The position numbers and the translations under genes were made by a program. Shown here one piece after another: positions 54,736 to 64,000 of a stretch of DNA of 64,000 nucleotides. Source of the stretch: a virus (lineage: Duplodnaviria > Caudoviricetes); the IMG/VR virus record IMGVR_UViG_3300020036_003099, positions 9,614 through 73,613 of that record. The stretch is one strand, 5' to 3'. Each line of letters opens with the position of its first letter. Within the stretch, counting starts at the first letter, position 1. The notes under the pieces were generated by a model. It did no database searches, was not told where the DNA came from, and saw nothing but the letters and a program-made list of their open reading frames with translations.

Positions 54736-57700
54736 TTAGTTTCCTGTCGTTTTTTTCAGGGCTTCATAGCGACCTGTGGCTTTTGCAGCCTTGTTTAATT
54801 CTCCGTATTGTACCCCTCCAGCCAAGCGCTGAGCAACAGCCTCGTTGACAGAAGAGAAAAAAGATCCTATATCGTAAGGTACGTTTTTCTTAGTCAGGAA
54901 CTCCTGCAAATCAGAAACAACATCCGAATATTTTTGAGCCCATTTCTTGGCTTCCTCGGGGTTACCCTCTTGGTACGCCCTGAGCTCCCTCGTGCGGTAA
55001 TTCTTTGCTCTGGCTCTGAATTTATCCATTGCTGGCTTGTAACGACCATTCTCAAGGGTAGCCCAGTAGCGCTCGTCTCTGGCGTTTGCAACCGTACCGG
55101 AACCAATACCCATAGCTCTAAGAGCTATCTGATCCGGTTCCGCACGGAGATCCTCAGGAGTAACCAGCTGCTTACCTTTACCGGTAACAGCGCCTTCGTC
55201 GTAGTACGTATAAGCTTTTAAAAGGTTGGAAATAGCCATAGGAGTAATCATCGTACCTATCTTAGCCGTGCTTTCGTCTGTGTTGTAGGCTTTCCAGGCT
55301 TGTATACCTTGCGTCAGCATAGAACCTTGAACACCTGCCAACTCCGTCATATCCCCTTGAACACCCATCGCAGCCAATATCACGTCTTGACCAATTAAAG
55401 GTAATCCGATACGTTTGGATACGTCGATGTTGGTTAAAGATCTAAAGATACCGTTGGTTACAAAGCGGCCAGCGACAGGGCCCCCAGTGGCTTCCGCCAG
55501 AGTTTCCTGCATCAATTGATTGAGATCAACATCTTCACCTTCTATTCCTGCGTAGGCTTCTTCAGCCAACTCCTTGAACAGGTCAGCTCCTGGAAGACCC
55601 ATAAGGCCAGCAAAAAGGAACAAAGAGGCGACAGTCGTAGCAAGAGCTTTCTTGCCTTCAGGACCTCTACCATACATCCTGGCGAGAAACTCAAGAGCTT
55701 GCTGAGGGTAGGTCTGAAAAGGAAACACAAAGGCACCTAGGCCACCTCTAAGAACATCAGAGCGACCGGTTTTACCAAAGACTGCGTGAGCTTCGTCTAG
55801 ACCAAAAAGAACTACGTCATCTATAAGGGGAAGACCAGAGATCTTTCTTTGTGCTTGAAATCGGTAATCCTGAGCAAGAACATTAGCAGCCTTTTGAAGA
55901 GCCTGTGGATTCTCCTGAAACATCTGGTAGTGAGCGTTGGCCGTAGCAAATCTTGTTGCTTGCTCCATAGCTGAAATAGGTATACCCAAATAGTTGGTTA
56001 CCTCGTTTAATTTTGTCTTAGCTTTACCGCCAATAGTTTTGTCTTTGAAAGAAGCTTTCTCTGTGGTGTCGTAGCGATATGTGCCTGTTTGCTCTTCCAA
56101 GAAAGCGGCACCTGTACGACCAGCCTTAAACATACGCTTGTTAAACTCTATTTGCTTGGACGTGTACTTGTGTTTATCTCTCAAATCGTCCAAAAACTTT
56201 TGTTCATCAACTCTAAAAACCAAAGAACCGTTCTCTAGTTGATACGCGTTTTTATTCGTCATAGCTGACATGGCGACTTTAAAATTATTCGAAATATAGC
56301 GCATGTTCTTTATCGGATTAGGGTTGTACTGCGTCATCGAGCCTAACGTTGTTGTCGGAAGGGTCATAATCTGCAGAGCTGCTGAAGACAGGTTACCGCC
56401 CATAGTCCAGACAAAGTTAAGCGCCCTGATCTCCTGGAAGGAGTCAAAGGGGGAGGATGTATAATCTACATACTTTTGTATCTTTTCTTTAATGTTTTTG
56501 TGGTTGTCACCCAGCTCGTTTTGAATACGGTTGTTGTATTCTTGCATCATAGGTGCGTATTTCTGCTTGGCGAAGTAATGAGCGCTGGACGTGGCGTAGG
56601 AGCTTAGAACCCTGTCCCAGTCTTGCGAGTACCCTGGAATGTTCTCAGAAGGCGCGAACCTACGGGCAAACCCCTTAAACTTCACATCTCTTTCAAGTTG
56701 CTCTTTGATTTGTTGATACGCTTTCTCATCTTTGGCAGAACCCAATAGACCGCTTAAAAGTTCAAACGTAAGCTGGCTTTCACCAATCTTGTCGTAGACA
56801 TTGGCGTAAGTCATCTCGAAACCATCATAAACAACATAATCGTTGTTATCACGGTAGTCCTTAAGGGCTTTCTGTACGGCTTCGTATTGTTGTCTGTTAT
56901 ACCGGCCAAAATGCTTACCCTCTTCAACCTGTGCATGGTACACGGGTTTGGCATCCGGCTTCACTTTGCCAGACTTGGTTATGTTGTCTTTCAGGTGTAC
57001 GGTGAAGCCGTACGTTCCAAAACGCATGTGAGGGACAAAAGCTTTAGATCGCATACGCTCGATGTCTTCCAGGTTTTGCACTTGGTCCTGGATGAAGTCA
57101 CGGTCCTTTGCCGACATTTGGTCATTATCGAGCATTTTAAAAGCTTCTTTCTGAATAGCTTGAGGAGACATTTTTATAGCGCCTGGGATCAGTTTTTCCA
57201 AAGCGGCGCGGGACATCATCTCGGCATCGTTAAGGGGTTCCTTAAGGTACCTGTCAAGATCTTGAATAACACCCAACATACGCTTGTCTTTAATCGCCAC
57301 GATTTGACCATCTCTTTCAAAAACCAGGGAACCATCTTGATCGTAACTAAAGTTTTGACCGGTCATTCTTAAGTGGTCAATCACAGAACCAGCTTTAACG
57401 CGTACTTGCGCTTCGCGCTCAGAGAAGTATCTTTCGCCCATCTCGCGGTATTTGGTCATCAAGTTTGACTGCATATCTTCCTGCGTCCTTTTGATCGCAA
57501 AGACAACACCGGCAACAGGGTTAACCGAGGCTAGGTGTGCAAAAGAAGAAAGAAATCTTTGGTACAAACCTAAATCTTTATTAGATGCCTTTTCTTCATC
57601 AAACCTATCTTTGGCAAATTGTTCAAACGCATCGTCTTGATCCTTCCAGTGACCTTCTTGGAGTTGATCGGAAAACTTTTGTAACCTGGCTTCCCTGATG

Positions 57701-60105
57701 GCTTTTACACCGTCCGCAGCAGCTTGTTTAGCCGACTGATCCGCAGTGTCGAACAGATCTTCCAAGGACTGAAGACCTTGCAGCTTCATCTTTCTTTGAA
57801 CATCTTTAAGTGTTTTTAACGCCTTGTTAAACTCTCTTTTCAGTTTCTTAGGAACGTAAGGTAGTTTTACACCTTTACGTTTTGCTTCGGCGTATTCAGC
57901 GAACTTGTTAGCGATAATCTCACGGCGACCCTCAGGAGTTTTCGCCCAGGCTTTTAGGGTATTCTTAAGGTCTCCTGAGGCTTTCACCACAAGGGGTATT
58001 GATTGATCAACAGCTTCTGCGTCAAAGGAACCTTTATCCGCCAAATAATTCCAAGCCTCTAGGAGAGGTGTTTCCAAGTTGATAAAATTTGAGGGGTCGT
58101 TGAAGTTTAAAGCTGCAGACATCAAATTAGCTTCTTGCACGGTTTCCACAGGGGCTACGGGGTTACCGTTCTGGTCTAAAGTCTCGGGTACGTTAAAAGA
58201 CACATTATCAGCTTTAATGCGGTTTAAAGAACGTATTGTTTCTTGAACCTGCATTTGAACCGCTTGCTGACTTTTTCTTTTGTCGGCTTTAACCTTTAAC
58301 TTCGAGGCGTTGTTGTTTATTTCAACTTCAGGAGCCACGGGTGTCTTTGGTTGTACGGGTGTATCCGCTTTAACCAAGGGTACTGGCTCTGTATACGATT
58401 TACGCATAATGGCTCCAGCAATATCTTCTTTGGTTCTTGTGACGTTGGACTTGGTGTCAGAAATCTCGCTTTCGGGAACACCTTTGGATCTCGCTATTTC
58501 AATAAGCTGAGGTTTGGTGTAAGTCAAAAGGTCTTTAAACTTTTTGTTTTGAACCTTCATGTCTTCAGCTATAAAACCTGGAAGCTCAGAAATAGAGGGC
58601 TCATTCGGCGCTTGAGCTGGTGTATATTTATTTTGTCTTTGTTTCACTTGCGCTTGTGCAGTGACCGCAAGGGCTTCCCCTGTGGACTCTAAAGGCAAAC
58701 TTTGGATTTCAACCTTAAAAGGCTTTACGGGTTTTGCGATAAAAGGGGATTGCGGGGCAATGATCTCAGCCAGGCTCTTTGTCGCTGCGTCTGTTTGAAC
58801 CTTATTTAGGTCAACATCACCTATTGGTGTTTTGTTTTGGATTTTGACTCTTAAGGGAGCCGTAGGGGTTAACCCCGAGGAATTCTTAAGGTTCATCTGC
58901 ATGTGGGCCTGAAGGTTTTCCTTGGCTACCCCTGAGAACAACGACTGGTAACCGAGCCGATTGTTCTCCACACGATCCAGCATGACGTTGGCTGCTTTGA
59001 TCTTCTCTTCAGCTTTAAAGGCATCAGGAGAAAAGCCGTTATTACGAAGAACCGCATCAGCAGCCTCCGGTGTGTCGATAATGGATGATTTTGGAGCTTG
59101 CTCTTTTAAAACGTCTTCTCGGATAACCTCTTCCAAACCCTTTTTGGCTTTCTCGGGAAGACCTTTAGGAATCCCCGAAAGACCGGAATAAAGACCGGAT
59201 GCTGATCCGAAACCGCCACCTTGTACAGCGGCTGCAATGGCAGAATCGAGGTATTCGTTAGCGGCTTCTTCGGAAGTAAAAGGATTGACCTCCAGATTGG
59301 CTGCAGAACGCTCCAGGGCTTGCTGTAGGACCTCTCCAGGTACCCCTACAGCTATCGCTTCAGAGACCTTACCCATGACGTTCTTGGCGACACCAGGGGC
59401 CACATTCTCAAAGACCTTCTCTCCTACGGCTGTTAAGCCAGTCTTCGCCAGGACCCCACCTAGGACCGCTTCTACGGCTGCTTGCGGGACTGCGAGGACT
59501 GCGGCTTTTGGGAGGTTTGGTTCTTGTCCTTCGTCGAGTTGTCTGGAAACATTAAAACCGGTAAAAATAGGCAAAGCAGCCAGAGTAGCACCGACACCAA
59601 AGCCTCCAACCTTGGCGACCAGTTCGGCAACAGGGTGGGGAAGATTAGGAGCAATAGTAGCGCCAGCGACACCACCTGCCATAATAGCCGCCATTTGCGG
59701 AGAATTGAGACCAATCTGTTCTTTGGCGTAATCAAGAAATTTACCCGCTCCTTCAGGGATAGAATCAGCTTTTAAAATATCACGCCAGTCTGTAGCGTTT
59801 ACCAACAGCTGTCCAGCTTTTTCTTTTTGCTTTTGAAACTCCTGCGTGGCTAGGGCTTGCTCTTCGCTATCACCAGTCAACTCATTCCAACCGGCGTTTA
59901 AAGCAGCGCCAGCACCGGAAAGACCAGCAGCGCCAGCCCTGACAGATTCCCAAAAGGTTGGAGAGGCAGCACTAGGCTGCGGTGTGGGGGCTAGTTGCGC
60001 GAAGTGCTGCGTGGCAAACGCCTCAACTTGCTCAGGGGTAGCTCCTTCGGGGCCCTCGAACTTGTAAATCTTTGAATCGGGACCTTGTACTTTGTAGATC
60101 GGCAT
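54736..60105 (-). CDS. Large internal virion/DNA ejection protein
   Basis: 1789 aa; MPIYKVQGPD..FEGPEGATPEQV N-terminus, Gly/Ala-rich hydrophobic segments, helical body; follows the other ejection genes. Confidence 0.75.
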   Translation of the reverse strand: MPIYKVQGPDSKIYKFEGPEGATPEQVEAFATQHFAQLAPTPQPSAASPTFWESVRAGAAGLSGAGAALNAGWNELTGDSEEQALATQEFQKQKEKAGQLLVNATDWRDILKADSIPEGAGKFLDYAKEQIGLNSPQMAAIMAGGVAGATIAPNLPHPVAELVAKVGGFGVGATLAALPIFTGFNVSRQLDEGQEPNLPKAAVLAVPQAAVEAVLGGVLAKTGLTAVGEKVFENVAPGVAKNVMGKVSEAIAVGVPGEVLQQALERSAANLEVNPFTSEEAANEYLDSAIAAAVQGGGFGSASGLYSGLSGIPKGLPEKAKKGLEEVIREDVLKEQAPKSSIIDTPEAADAVLRNNGFSPDAFKAEEKIKAANVMLDRVENNRLGYQSLFSGVAKENLQAHMQMNLKNSSGLTPTAPLRVKIQNKTPIGDVDLNKVQTDAATKSLAEIIAPQSPFIAKPVKPFKVEIQSLPLESTGEALAVTAQAQVKQRQNKYTPAQAPNEPSISELPGFIAEDMKVQNKKFKDLLTYTKPQLIEIARSKGVPESEISDTKSNVTRTKEDIAGAIMRKSYTEPVPLVKADTPVQPKTPVAPEVEINNNASKLKVKADKRKSQQAVQMQVQETIRSLNRIKADNVSFNVPETLDQNGNPVAPVETVQEANLMSAALNFNDPSNFINLETPLLEAWNYLADKGSFDAEAVDQSIPLVVKASGDLKNTLKAWAKTPEGRREIIANKFAEYAEAKRKGVKLPYVPKKLKREFNKALKTLKDVQRKMKLQGLQSLEDLFDTADQSAKQAAADGVKAIREARLQKFSDQLQEGHWKDQDDAFEQFAKDRFDEEKASNKDLGLYQRFLSSFAHLASVNPVAGVVFAIKRTQEDMQSNLMTKYREMGERYFSEREAQVRVKAGSVIDHLRMTGQNFSYDQDGSLVFERDGQIVAIKDKRMLGVIQDLDRYLKEPLNDAEMMSRAALEKLIPGAIKMSPQAIQKEAFKMLDNDQMSAKDRDFIQDQVQNLEDIERMRSKAFVPHMRFGTYGFTVHLKDNITKSGKVKPDAKPVYHAQVEEGKHFGRYNRQQYEAVQKALKDYRDNNDYVVYDGFEMTYANVYDKIGESQLTFELLSGLLGSAKDEKAYQQIKEQLERDVKFKGFARRFAPSENIPGYSQDWDRVLSSYATSSAHYFAKQKYAPMMQEYNNRIQNELGDNHKNIKEKIQKYVDYTSSPFDSFQEIRALNFVWTMGGNLSSAALQIMTLPTTTLGSMTQYNPNPIKNMRYISNNFKVAMSAMTNKNAYQLENGSLVFRVDEQKFLDDLRDKHKYTSKQIEFNKRMFKAGRTGAAFLEEQTGTYRYDTTEKASFKDKTIGGKAKTKLNEVTNYLGIPISAMEQATRFATANAHYQMFQENPQALQKAANVLAQDYRFQAQRKISGLPLIDDVVLFGLDEAHAVFGKTGRSDVLRGGLGAFVFPFQTYPQQALEFLARMYGRGPEGKKALATTVASLFLFAGLMGLPGADLFKELAEEAYAGIEGEDVDLNQLMQETLAEATGGPVAGRFVTNGIFRSLTNIDVSKRIGLPLIGQDVILAAMGVQGDMTELAGVQGSMLTQGIQAWKAYNTDESTAKIGTMITPMAISNLLKAYTYYDEGAVTGKGKQLVTPEDLRAEPDQIALRAMGIGSGTVANARDERYWATLENGRYKPAMDKFRARAKNYRTRELRAYQEGNPEEAKKWAQKYSDVVSDLQEFLTKKNVPYDIGSFFSSVNEAVAQRLAGGVQYGELNKAAKATGRYEALKKTTGN

Positions 60106-60109
60106 TTGA

Positions 60110-62329
60110 TTATTCTTCCGTGCCTATGAACTTGAACCCGCCGGGAGTAGAAGGTGTCACGTTGGCTAAGCCAGCATCTTGTGACTTTGTTCCTACTATT
60201 GCTTGAGCTTCAACCAGTGATTCTTTTTGCATTCTATCCAAATCTTCTTTCGAAATAGTCATACCGGCACGTTGTTCAATTTTCTTTTGCAAGATCTTGG
60301 CTGCAGCAGACGACAAAGGATCTCCTTTTTCGGAAGCTTGTGCCTGTTTATAAGCTACTTCGGCTTGTATCTCTTGTTTTTTAAGTGGGAAAAGCTCTTG
60401 GTTCATCTTTTGGTTATCCCTAGAGATCTCCGTTTGAAGTTTGTAGGATTCAGCTCTGTCTTGAGCCAACTGATTTTCCAAGGCTTGCTGCTGAGCTTCA
60501 GACTTAATTTTGTCGATTTGCATTTTAGTGGTCATACCTTGCATCACGGAGTTACCCAAAGCTTCGCCAAAGCCTTCACCTGGGGAAGCCAGCATACGGG
60601 CACCAAAGGCAAGAAGCGGTAAGTTCCAACCCGGACTTTCTTCTTTAGTCGTGTTTGGTTGAGCCATTTGCTGTGTAAAGCGGGCCATCTGTTCATCGTT
60701 CATTTGAGAACCGTCAGGGTTCAAATAGGAGCCCTCAGGAGATTCTGAAGGTGTTTCTTCGGGGCTCTCTTTAATACGGTGCTTGTCCATCATCTCGGCT
60801 ATAGCTAAAACATTCTTATTCATTTCTGGGTCAAGGTCGTCGGGACTCATGTTGTCGGCAAAGAACTTAGCGAATTCAGGTGAGGATTTACGACCAACTT
60901 TACCTTCAGAAGCATCATAAGCCGCAGCTTGCTGTAGTTGGTACATAGCTTCGTTTTTATTTTTGTCACCCAAATTAACCGTATCTTCTTCCTTGGGTTT
61001 TGAAGGGGAGGTTAGCCAGTCACCCAGCAATTGAAGATCTGTGGTAGGCGCACGAAGAGCCTCTAAAGGAAGTGTTCCTACAGCAGCACCTAATGAGCCT
61101 AAGCCTAGAAAACCGTTTTTACCGTAACCTGCAGCCTTGGTTAAAGGTGAATCGTCTTCAGAAGGTGAGTAGGCAGCTCTACGGTTAGACTTAATAATTC
61201 CCGTTAAAGCTTCGTAAAGAGGGTTCAAAATATCCCTGTCATGGCTAACAGAGCCGCCAGAAGCGTAACCCTTCACTTGGCCGCCTTCCTTAAAAATAGA
61301 TCCGCGTAAGGGTCCGTTGACAAGGTTGTAAACACTGGAGCCAGTACCAAAACCTGTACCACCCATCATGCTGCTTAAACCCGCCATTCCAGAGCCTAAC
61401 ATTCCTCCCAAAGAGCCCAGGCCACCTAAGCCTAAAGAAGCTCCGCCCGTGAAAGGTGCAGCCAGCATCGAGCCTAGCCCGAGCATGGAGCTTAAGGGGC
61501 TGCTGCCTGGTTGCGTTTGGGTATTTGTCGTCGTACCTTGAGTGTGCTGGCTAGTCGTAAGTTGAGCCATAGGATAAAGGATGCTGCTAAGAAAGTTAAC
61601 TTGGTCATACGGATACTGCTGTTGTTTAGCGAATTGACCGTAATCCCAGTTCAAACCTTGTTGAGCCTGATTTTGCTGTGTAGCCCCAGTTTGCTCCAAA
61701 GCAGCCAGACCCGTAAGATCCTGTGCCTGGTTTGCACCTGCAAGTTGGCTCATAAGGGTTCCTGAGTTCAACTGGTTTTGTTGCTGGCTCAAAGCTAAGT
61801 TCTGAGCGTCTCCGTAAGCTGTTTGAAGACCTTGTGTCTGTATGTCGCTCAAACGCGTGTTTAAATCGTTGTAAGCGTTAGCCTCGACAACGCCGTGACG
61901 GTCTCCACCGAAAGCTCCTGCGTTGGCTGCAGCGTCACCTATAGAGTTCATTTGAATATCGAAGTCGCGCAAAGCACCGCGTTTGGTTTGATCCACAACG
62001 TTTTGCATATAAGGCGACATATACTGAGAGATATCGGATGAAGTCAGATTTTGAGAGCCGGAATTCAAAAGACTTTGTGCCTGGACTTGCAAAGGGTTCT
62101 GCTGTCCTTGCATGTCCTTGACACCTTGAAAAGCTTGAAGTTGCTCAGGCGTAAGACCTGCGACACCTTGGCCTGTGTAAGGTGTGTAAGGGCTAAGAGA
62201 CAAAGAGTTAGCTCTGTTGGCTAAATCAGGAAATAAATCCTTCAAGTAGTCAGGTAAAACAGGTGTCTGTGTTTGGTCGATTGAGGAAGTGGAAGTGGAT
62301 TTTTTAGAACCACCTAAAAGGCCGCCCAT
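60110..62329 (-). CDS. DNA transfer/ejection protein
   Basis: YMSPYMQNVVDQT, AFGGDR, Gln-rich segment, Gly-rich hydrophobic stretch, GG motifs. Confidence 0.72.
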   Translation of the reverse strand: MGGLLGGSKKSTSTSSIDQTQTPVLPDYLKDLFPDLANRANSLSLSPYTPYTGQGVAGLTPEQLQAFQGVKDMQGQQNPLQVQAQSLLNSGSQNLTSSDISQYMSPYMQNVVDQTKRGALRDFDIQMNSIGDAAANAGAFGGDRHGVVEANAYNDLNTRLSDIQTQGLQTAYGDAQNLALSQQQNQLNSGTLMSQLAGANQAQDLTGLAALEQTGATQQNQAQQGLNWDYGQFAKQQQYPYDQVNFLSSILYPMAQLTTSQHTQGTTTNTQTQPGSSPLSSMLGLGSMLAAPFTGGASLGLGGLGSLGGMLGSGMAGLSSMMGGTGFGTGSSVYNLVNGPLRGSIFKEGGQVKGYASGGSVSHDRDILNPLYEALTGIIKSNRRAAYSPSEDDSPLTKAAGYGKNGFLGLGSLGAAVGTLPLEALRAPTTDLQLLGDWLTSPSKPKEEDTVNLGDKNKNEAMYQLQQAAAYDASEGKVGRKSSPEFAKFFADNMSPDDLDPEMNKNVLAIAEMMDKHRIKESPEETPSESPEGSYLNPDGSQMNDEQMARFTQQMAQPNTTKEESPGWNLPLLAFGARMLASPGEGFGEALGNSVMQGMTTKMQIDKIKSEAQQQALENQLAQDRAESYKLQTEISRDNQKMNQELFPLKKQEIQAEVAYKQAQASEKGDPLSSAAAKILQKKIEQRAGMTISKEDLDRMQKESLVEAQAIVGTKSQDAGLANVTPSTPGGFKFIGTEE

Positions 62330-62335
62330 AGTGTT

Positions 62336-62779
62336 TTAAATTCCGAAAGTTAACAAGAACCCACTCTTTTTGAAACCTTGTTTCTCGAAAAGTCTTTCTT
62401 TGGCCGGTGTTCTGTCGTTACTCATGAAAGTCATGATTACCGGTAATTTATTTAATTTTGAAAAATCTTTCATGGCTCCTGCCAGAGCTTTAAAGACTTT
62501 CCCACCTTTACGGTGTTCTGGGTCTACAAAAAAAATGTAGTCAGAAATAACAGGAGTCGAACTCCACCAAGTAGTAACTATCTGAGTTCCTACAAAGCCT
62601 TTTATTTTACCTTCTTCTTTGAAGATAAACAAAGGACTCTCAGACCATTTATCGTAAAAAAACTCTGTTGTTTTAGCTAGGTCTACTTTAGGCAGGTTTT
62701 CAAAACCATGTTCTTTAGGGATCGTAAGGGCCATCTTAATGACAACCGGCAGATCTTCTTTAGCTGCGGTAAAAATCAA
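62336..62779 (-). CDS. GNAT-like protein in the virion module (T7 gp13-like position)
   Basis: FFVDPEHRKGG...ERLFEKQGF. Confidence 0.65.
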   Translation of the reverse strand: MIFTAAKEDLPVVIKMALTIPKEHGFENLPKVDLAKTTEFFYDKWSESPLFIFKEEGKIKGFVGTQIVTTWWSSTPVISDYIFFVDPEHRKGGKVFKALAGAMKDFSKLNKLPVIMTFMSNDRTPAKERLFEKQGFKKSGFLLTFGI

Positions 62780-62785
62780 AGGTTG

Positions 62786-63115
62786 TTACTTTGTCTGTTT
62801 ACTTGTCGCTTGGCTCACCATCTCGGATAAGGGAGGGGATTGCTCTTTACCCCCTTGTTTCATCATAGCACGCACTTGCGTGATAATCTGGTTTAAAACC
62901 CTGGAGCCAGCGTCTGAAGAACCATTACCCACAAAAGAGACTACATCAGCGGGAAAAACAAATTCCCCTTCTGACAGGGCTGCGGGTTGTTCTCCGTCTA
63001 TTTGTGCGGGAACAAAGTCAGCAAGACCTCCACCGGAACCTTGGACAGGTCCTGCCTGTTCCGAAGGATCATTCATAATGTCACCTAAAAGGGAAGATAT
63101 GGGGTTCATAGGCAT
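62786..63115 (-). CDS. Virion-module hypothetical protein
   Basis: ALSEGEFVFPADVVS..GNGSSDAGSRVL. Confidence 0.65.
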   Translation of the reverse strand: MPMNPISSLLGDIMNDPSEQAGPVQGSGGGLADFVPAQIDGEQPAALSEGEFVFPADVVSFVGNGSSDAGSRVLNQIITQVRAMMKQGGKEQSPPLSEMVSQATSKQTK

Positions 63116-63177
63116 GTAGGTTGGTTTGCTCGACTTTTACAGGGTATATTCTATCATTCCAGACAGGGTAGATCAAT

Positions 63178-63534
63178 TTATTTAACTAATGTGTATTTAA
63201 AGATACGATTGGTTGAAACATCGTTCGCGTGGTAAACAGTGAAAAATTGGGTATTTGGGACACAATAGAGGGTTCCACCGGAGATCTCTAAGGCTGCATC
63301 ACTTGTGTAGGCGGTCAAATGCACAACACTCTTAGCTGTACAGGCCAAATCGTTAACAACAGTGCTTGTAGCACCAGCTGTTAAGGTGACAGACCCTTTA
63401 TTGGCCGTAGCCCTACCTAGCTCCCTGTCAGTATCTGTCAAATAAATAGTTAAGCCCCTGACCAACTCACTAAGAAAACCTTTTGTTTTAGGGTCTGCAA
63501 AATCTGTGGGTTCCGGTAGTCTAATTGTCGTCAT
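63178..63534 (-). CDS. Tail-associated hypothetical protein
   Basis: 118 aa directly after the tail protein. Confidence 0.55.
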   Translation of the reverse strand: MTTIRLPEPTDFADPKTKGFLSELVRGLTIYLTDTDRELGRATANKGSVTLTAGATSTVVNDLACTAKSVVHLTAYTSDAALEISGGTLYCVPNTQFFTVYHANDVSTNRIFKYTLVK

Positions 63535-64000
63535 TAGCGGCCACCATCAGGCTTGATCGCCAAGCGCGTAACGCCCAGTCTAAAGTCACCACCTTGGGTG
63601 CTTGTGGAATATTCTAAAGAAGCCTGTCTACCACGTGCCCTCAAACTAATCTTTTGAGTAGCACTGGTAACCTCAAAGGGTCCCTTTTCTTGAGTTTCTG
63701 TTGAGTTGGGGTATTTTTTAGCCCTAAAAATAAAGTTGGTTGTTTTGATAAAAGTTCCGTCAGGAATGATTCTGTCTACAAAGACAAAGTCCTGTCCATC
63801 ACCTATATCAAAATCAGCTGTTCTTAAATAAGCTTTTAAGTTAGAGCCATCATCGTCTTTACCTACCTCATGGGAATAGAGTTTTCCATCAGCCCCTGTA
63901 GCGTATGGCCTATCAAAAATATCAATGTCATTCCACGCAGTTCTTACAATCGTACCGTCATACCAAACGCGATCCAGGTAGTTATAAACCACATAACGGC
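63534..64000 (-). CDS. Tail stabilisation/nozzle protein (P22 gp10/T7 gp12-like), 5' partial
   Basis: Frame stays open to the window edge (RYVVYNYLD..WY.G...RTAW); DFDIGDG, RARGRQ, FRLG...PDGGR. Confidence 0.75.
   Translation of the reverse strand, partial: RYVVYNYLDRVWYDGTIVRTAWNDIDIFDRPYATGADGKLYSHEVGKDDDGSNLKAYLRTADFDIGDGQDFVFVDRIIPDGTFIKTTNFIFRAKKYPNSTETQEKGPFEVTSATQKISLRARGRQASLEYSTSTQGGDFRLGVTRLAIKPDGGR

Noticed and set aside
62336-62779. GNAT in the virion module as a novel system
   Set aside because: GNAT-like genes are common at this position in podoviruses (T7 gp13-like).
1-64000. Stop-codon reassignment or suppressor tRNAs
   Set aside because: All core genes are full length in the standard code, and no CTA/TTA/TCA anticodons were found.
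1-64000. Prophage or temperate lifestyle
   Set aside because: No integrase, CI-like repressor, partition genes or flanking host genes are present in the window.

Overview
This window is most of a lytic, podovirus-like dsDNA tailed phage genome, probably with an alphaproteobacterial host (inference). It has two divergent arms. The minus-strand morphogenesis arm covers 1-8.4 kb (capsid-decoration-like gene, scaffold, GroES, portal, TerL, TerS) and 48.8-64 kb (spanins, GH108 endolysin, four-gene glycosylation cassette, ejection/internal virion proteins, tail protein). The plus-strand early/replication arm covers 9.2-48.8 kb (ArdC, Lar, rIIA/rIIB, a TROVE/Ro-like vWA protein, vWA+TerD, Prs-like+Nampt-like pair, T7-type primase-helicase/PolA/SSB/nucleases, Rnl2-type RNA ligase, NrdAB, PhoH, five tRNAs). 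No phage RNA polymerase, integrase or CRISPR array is seen. The most striking signal is at 22.3-24.3 kb: a sigma70 promoter drives a tandem array of four stem-closed ncRNA units, each carrying a conserved CAGCA(A) motif plus tRNA-derived cargo (isolated anticodon stem-loops, a circularly permuted tRNA-Thr, a degenerate tRNA body), directly upstream of a Ro60/TROVE-like vWA gene. This suggests a divergent Ro/Y-RNA-like RNP with tRNA-decoy cargo. Other notable items are a 73-nt mini-tmRNA (alanine-accepting tRNA-like domain only, no mRNA domain), three tRNAs sharing a compensatory A19:U56 elbow, and a PolA with paired substitutions at the E710/Y766-equivalent positions plus a fingers insertion. 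All assignments come from motif reading by eye; no database searches or folding programs were run.
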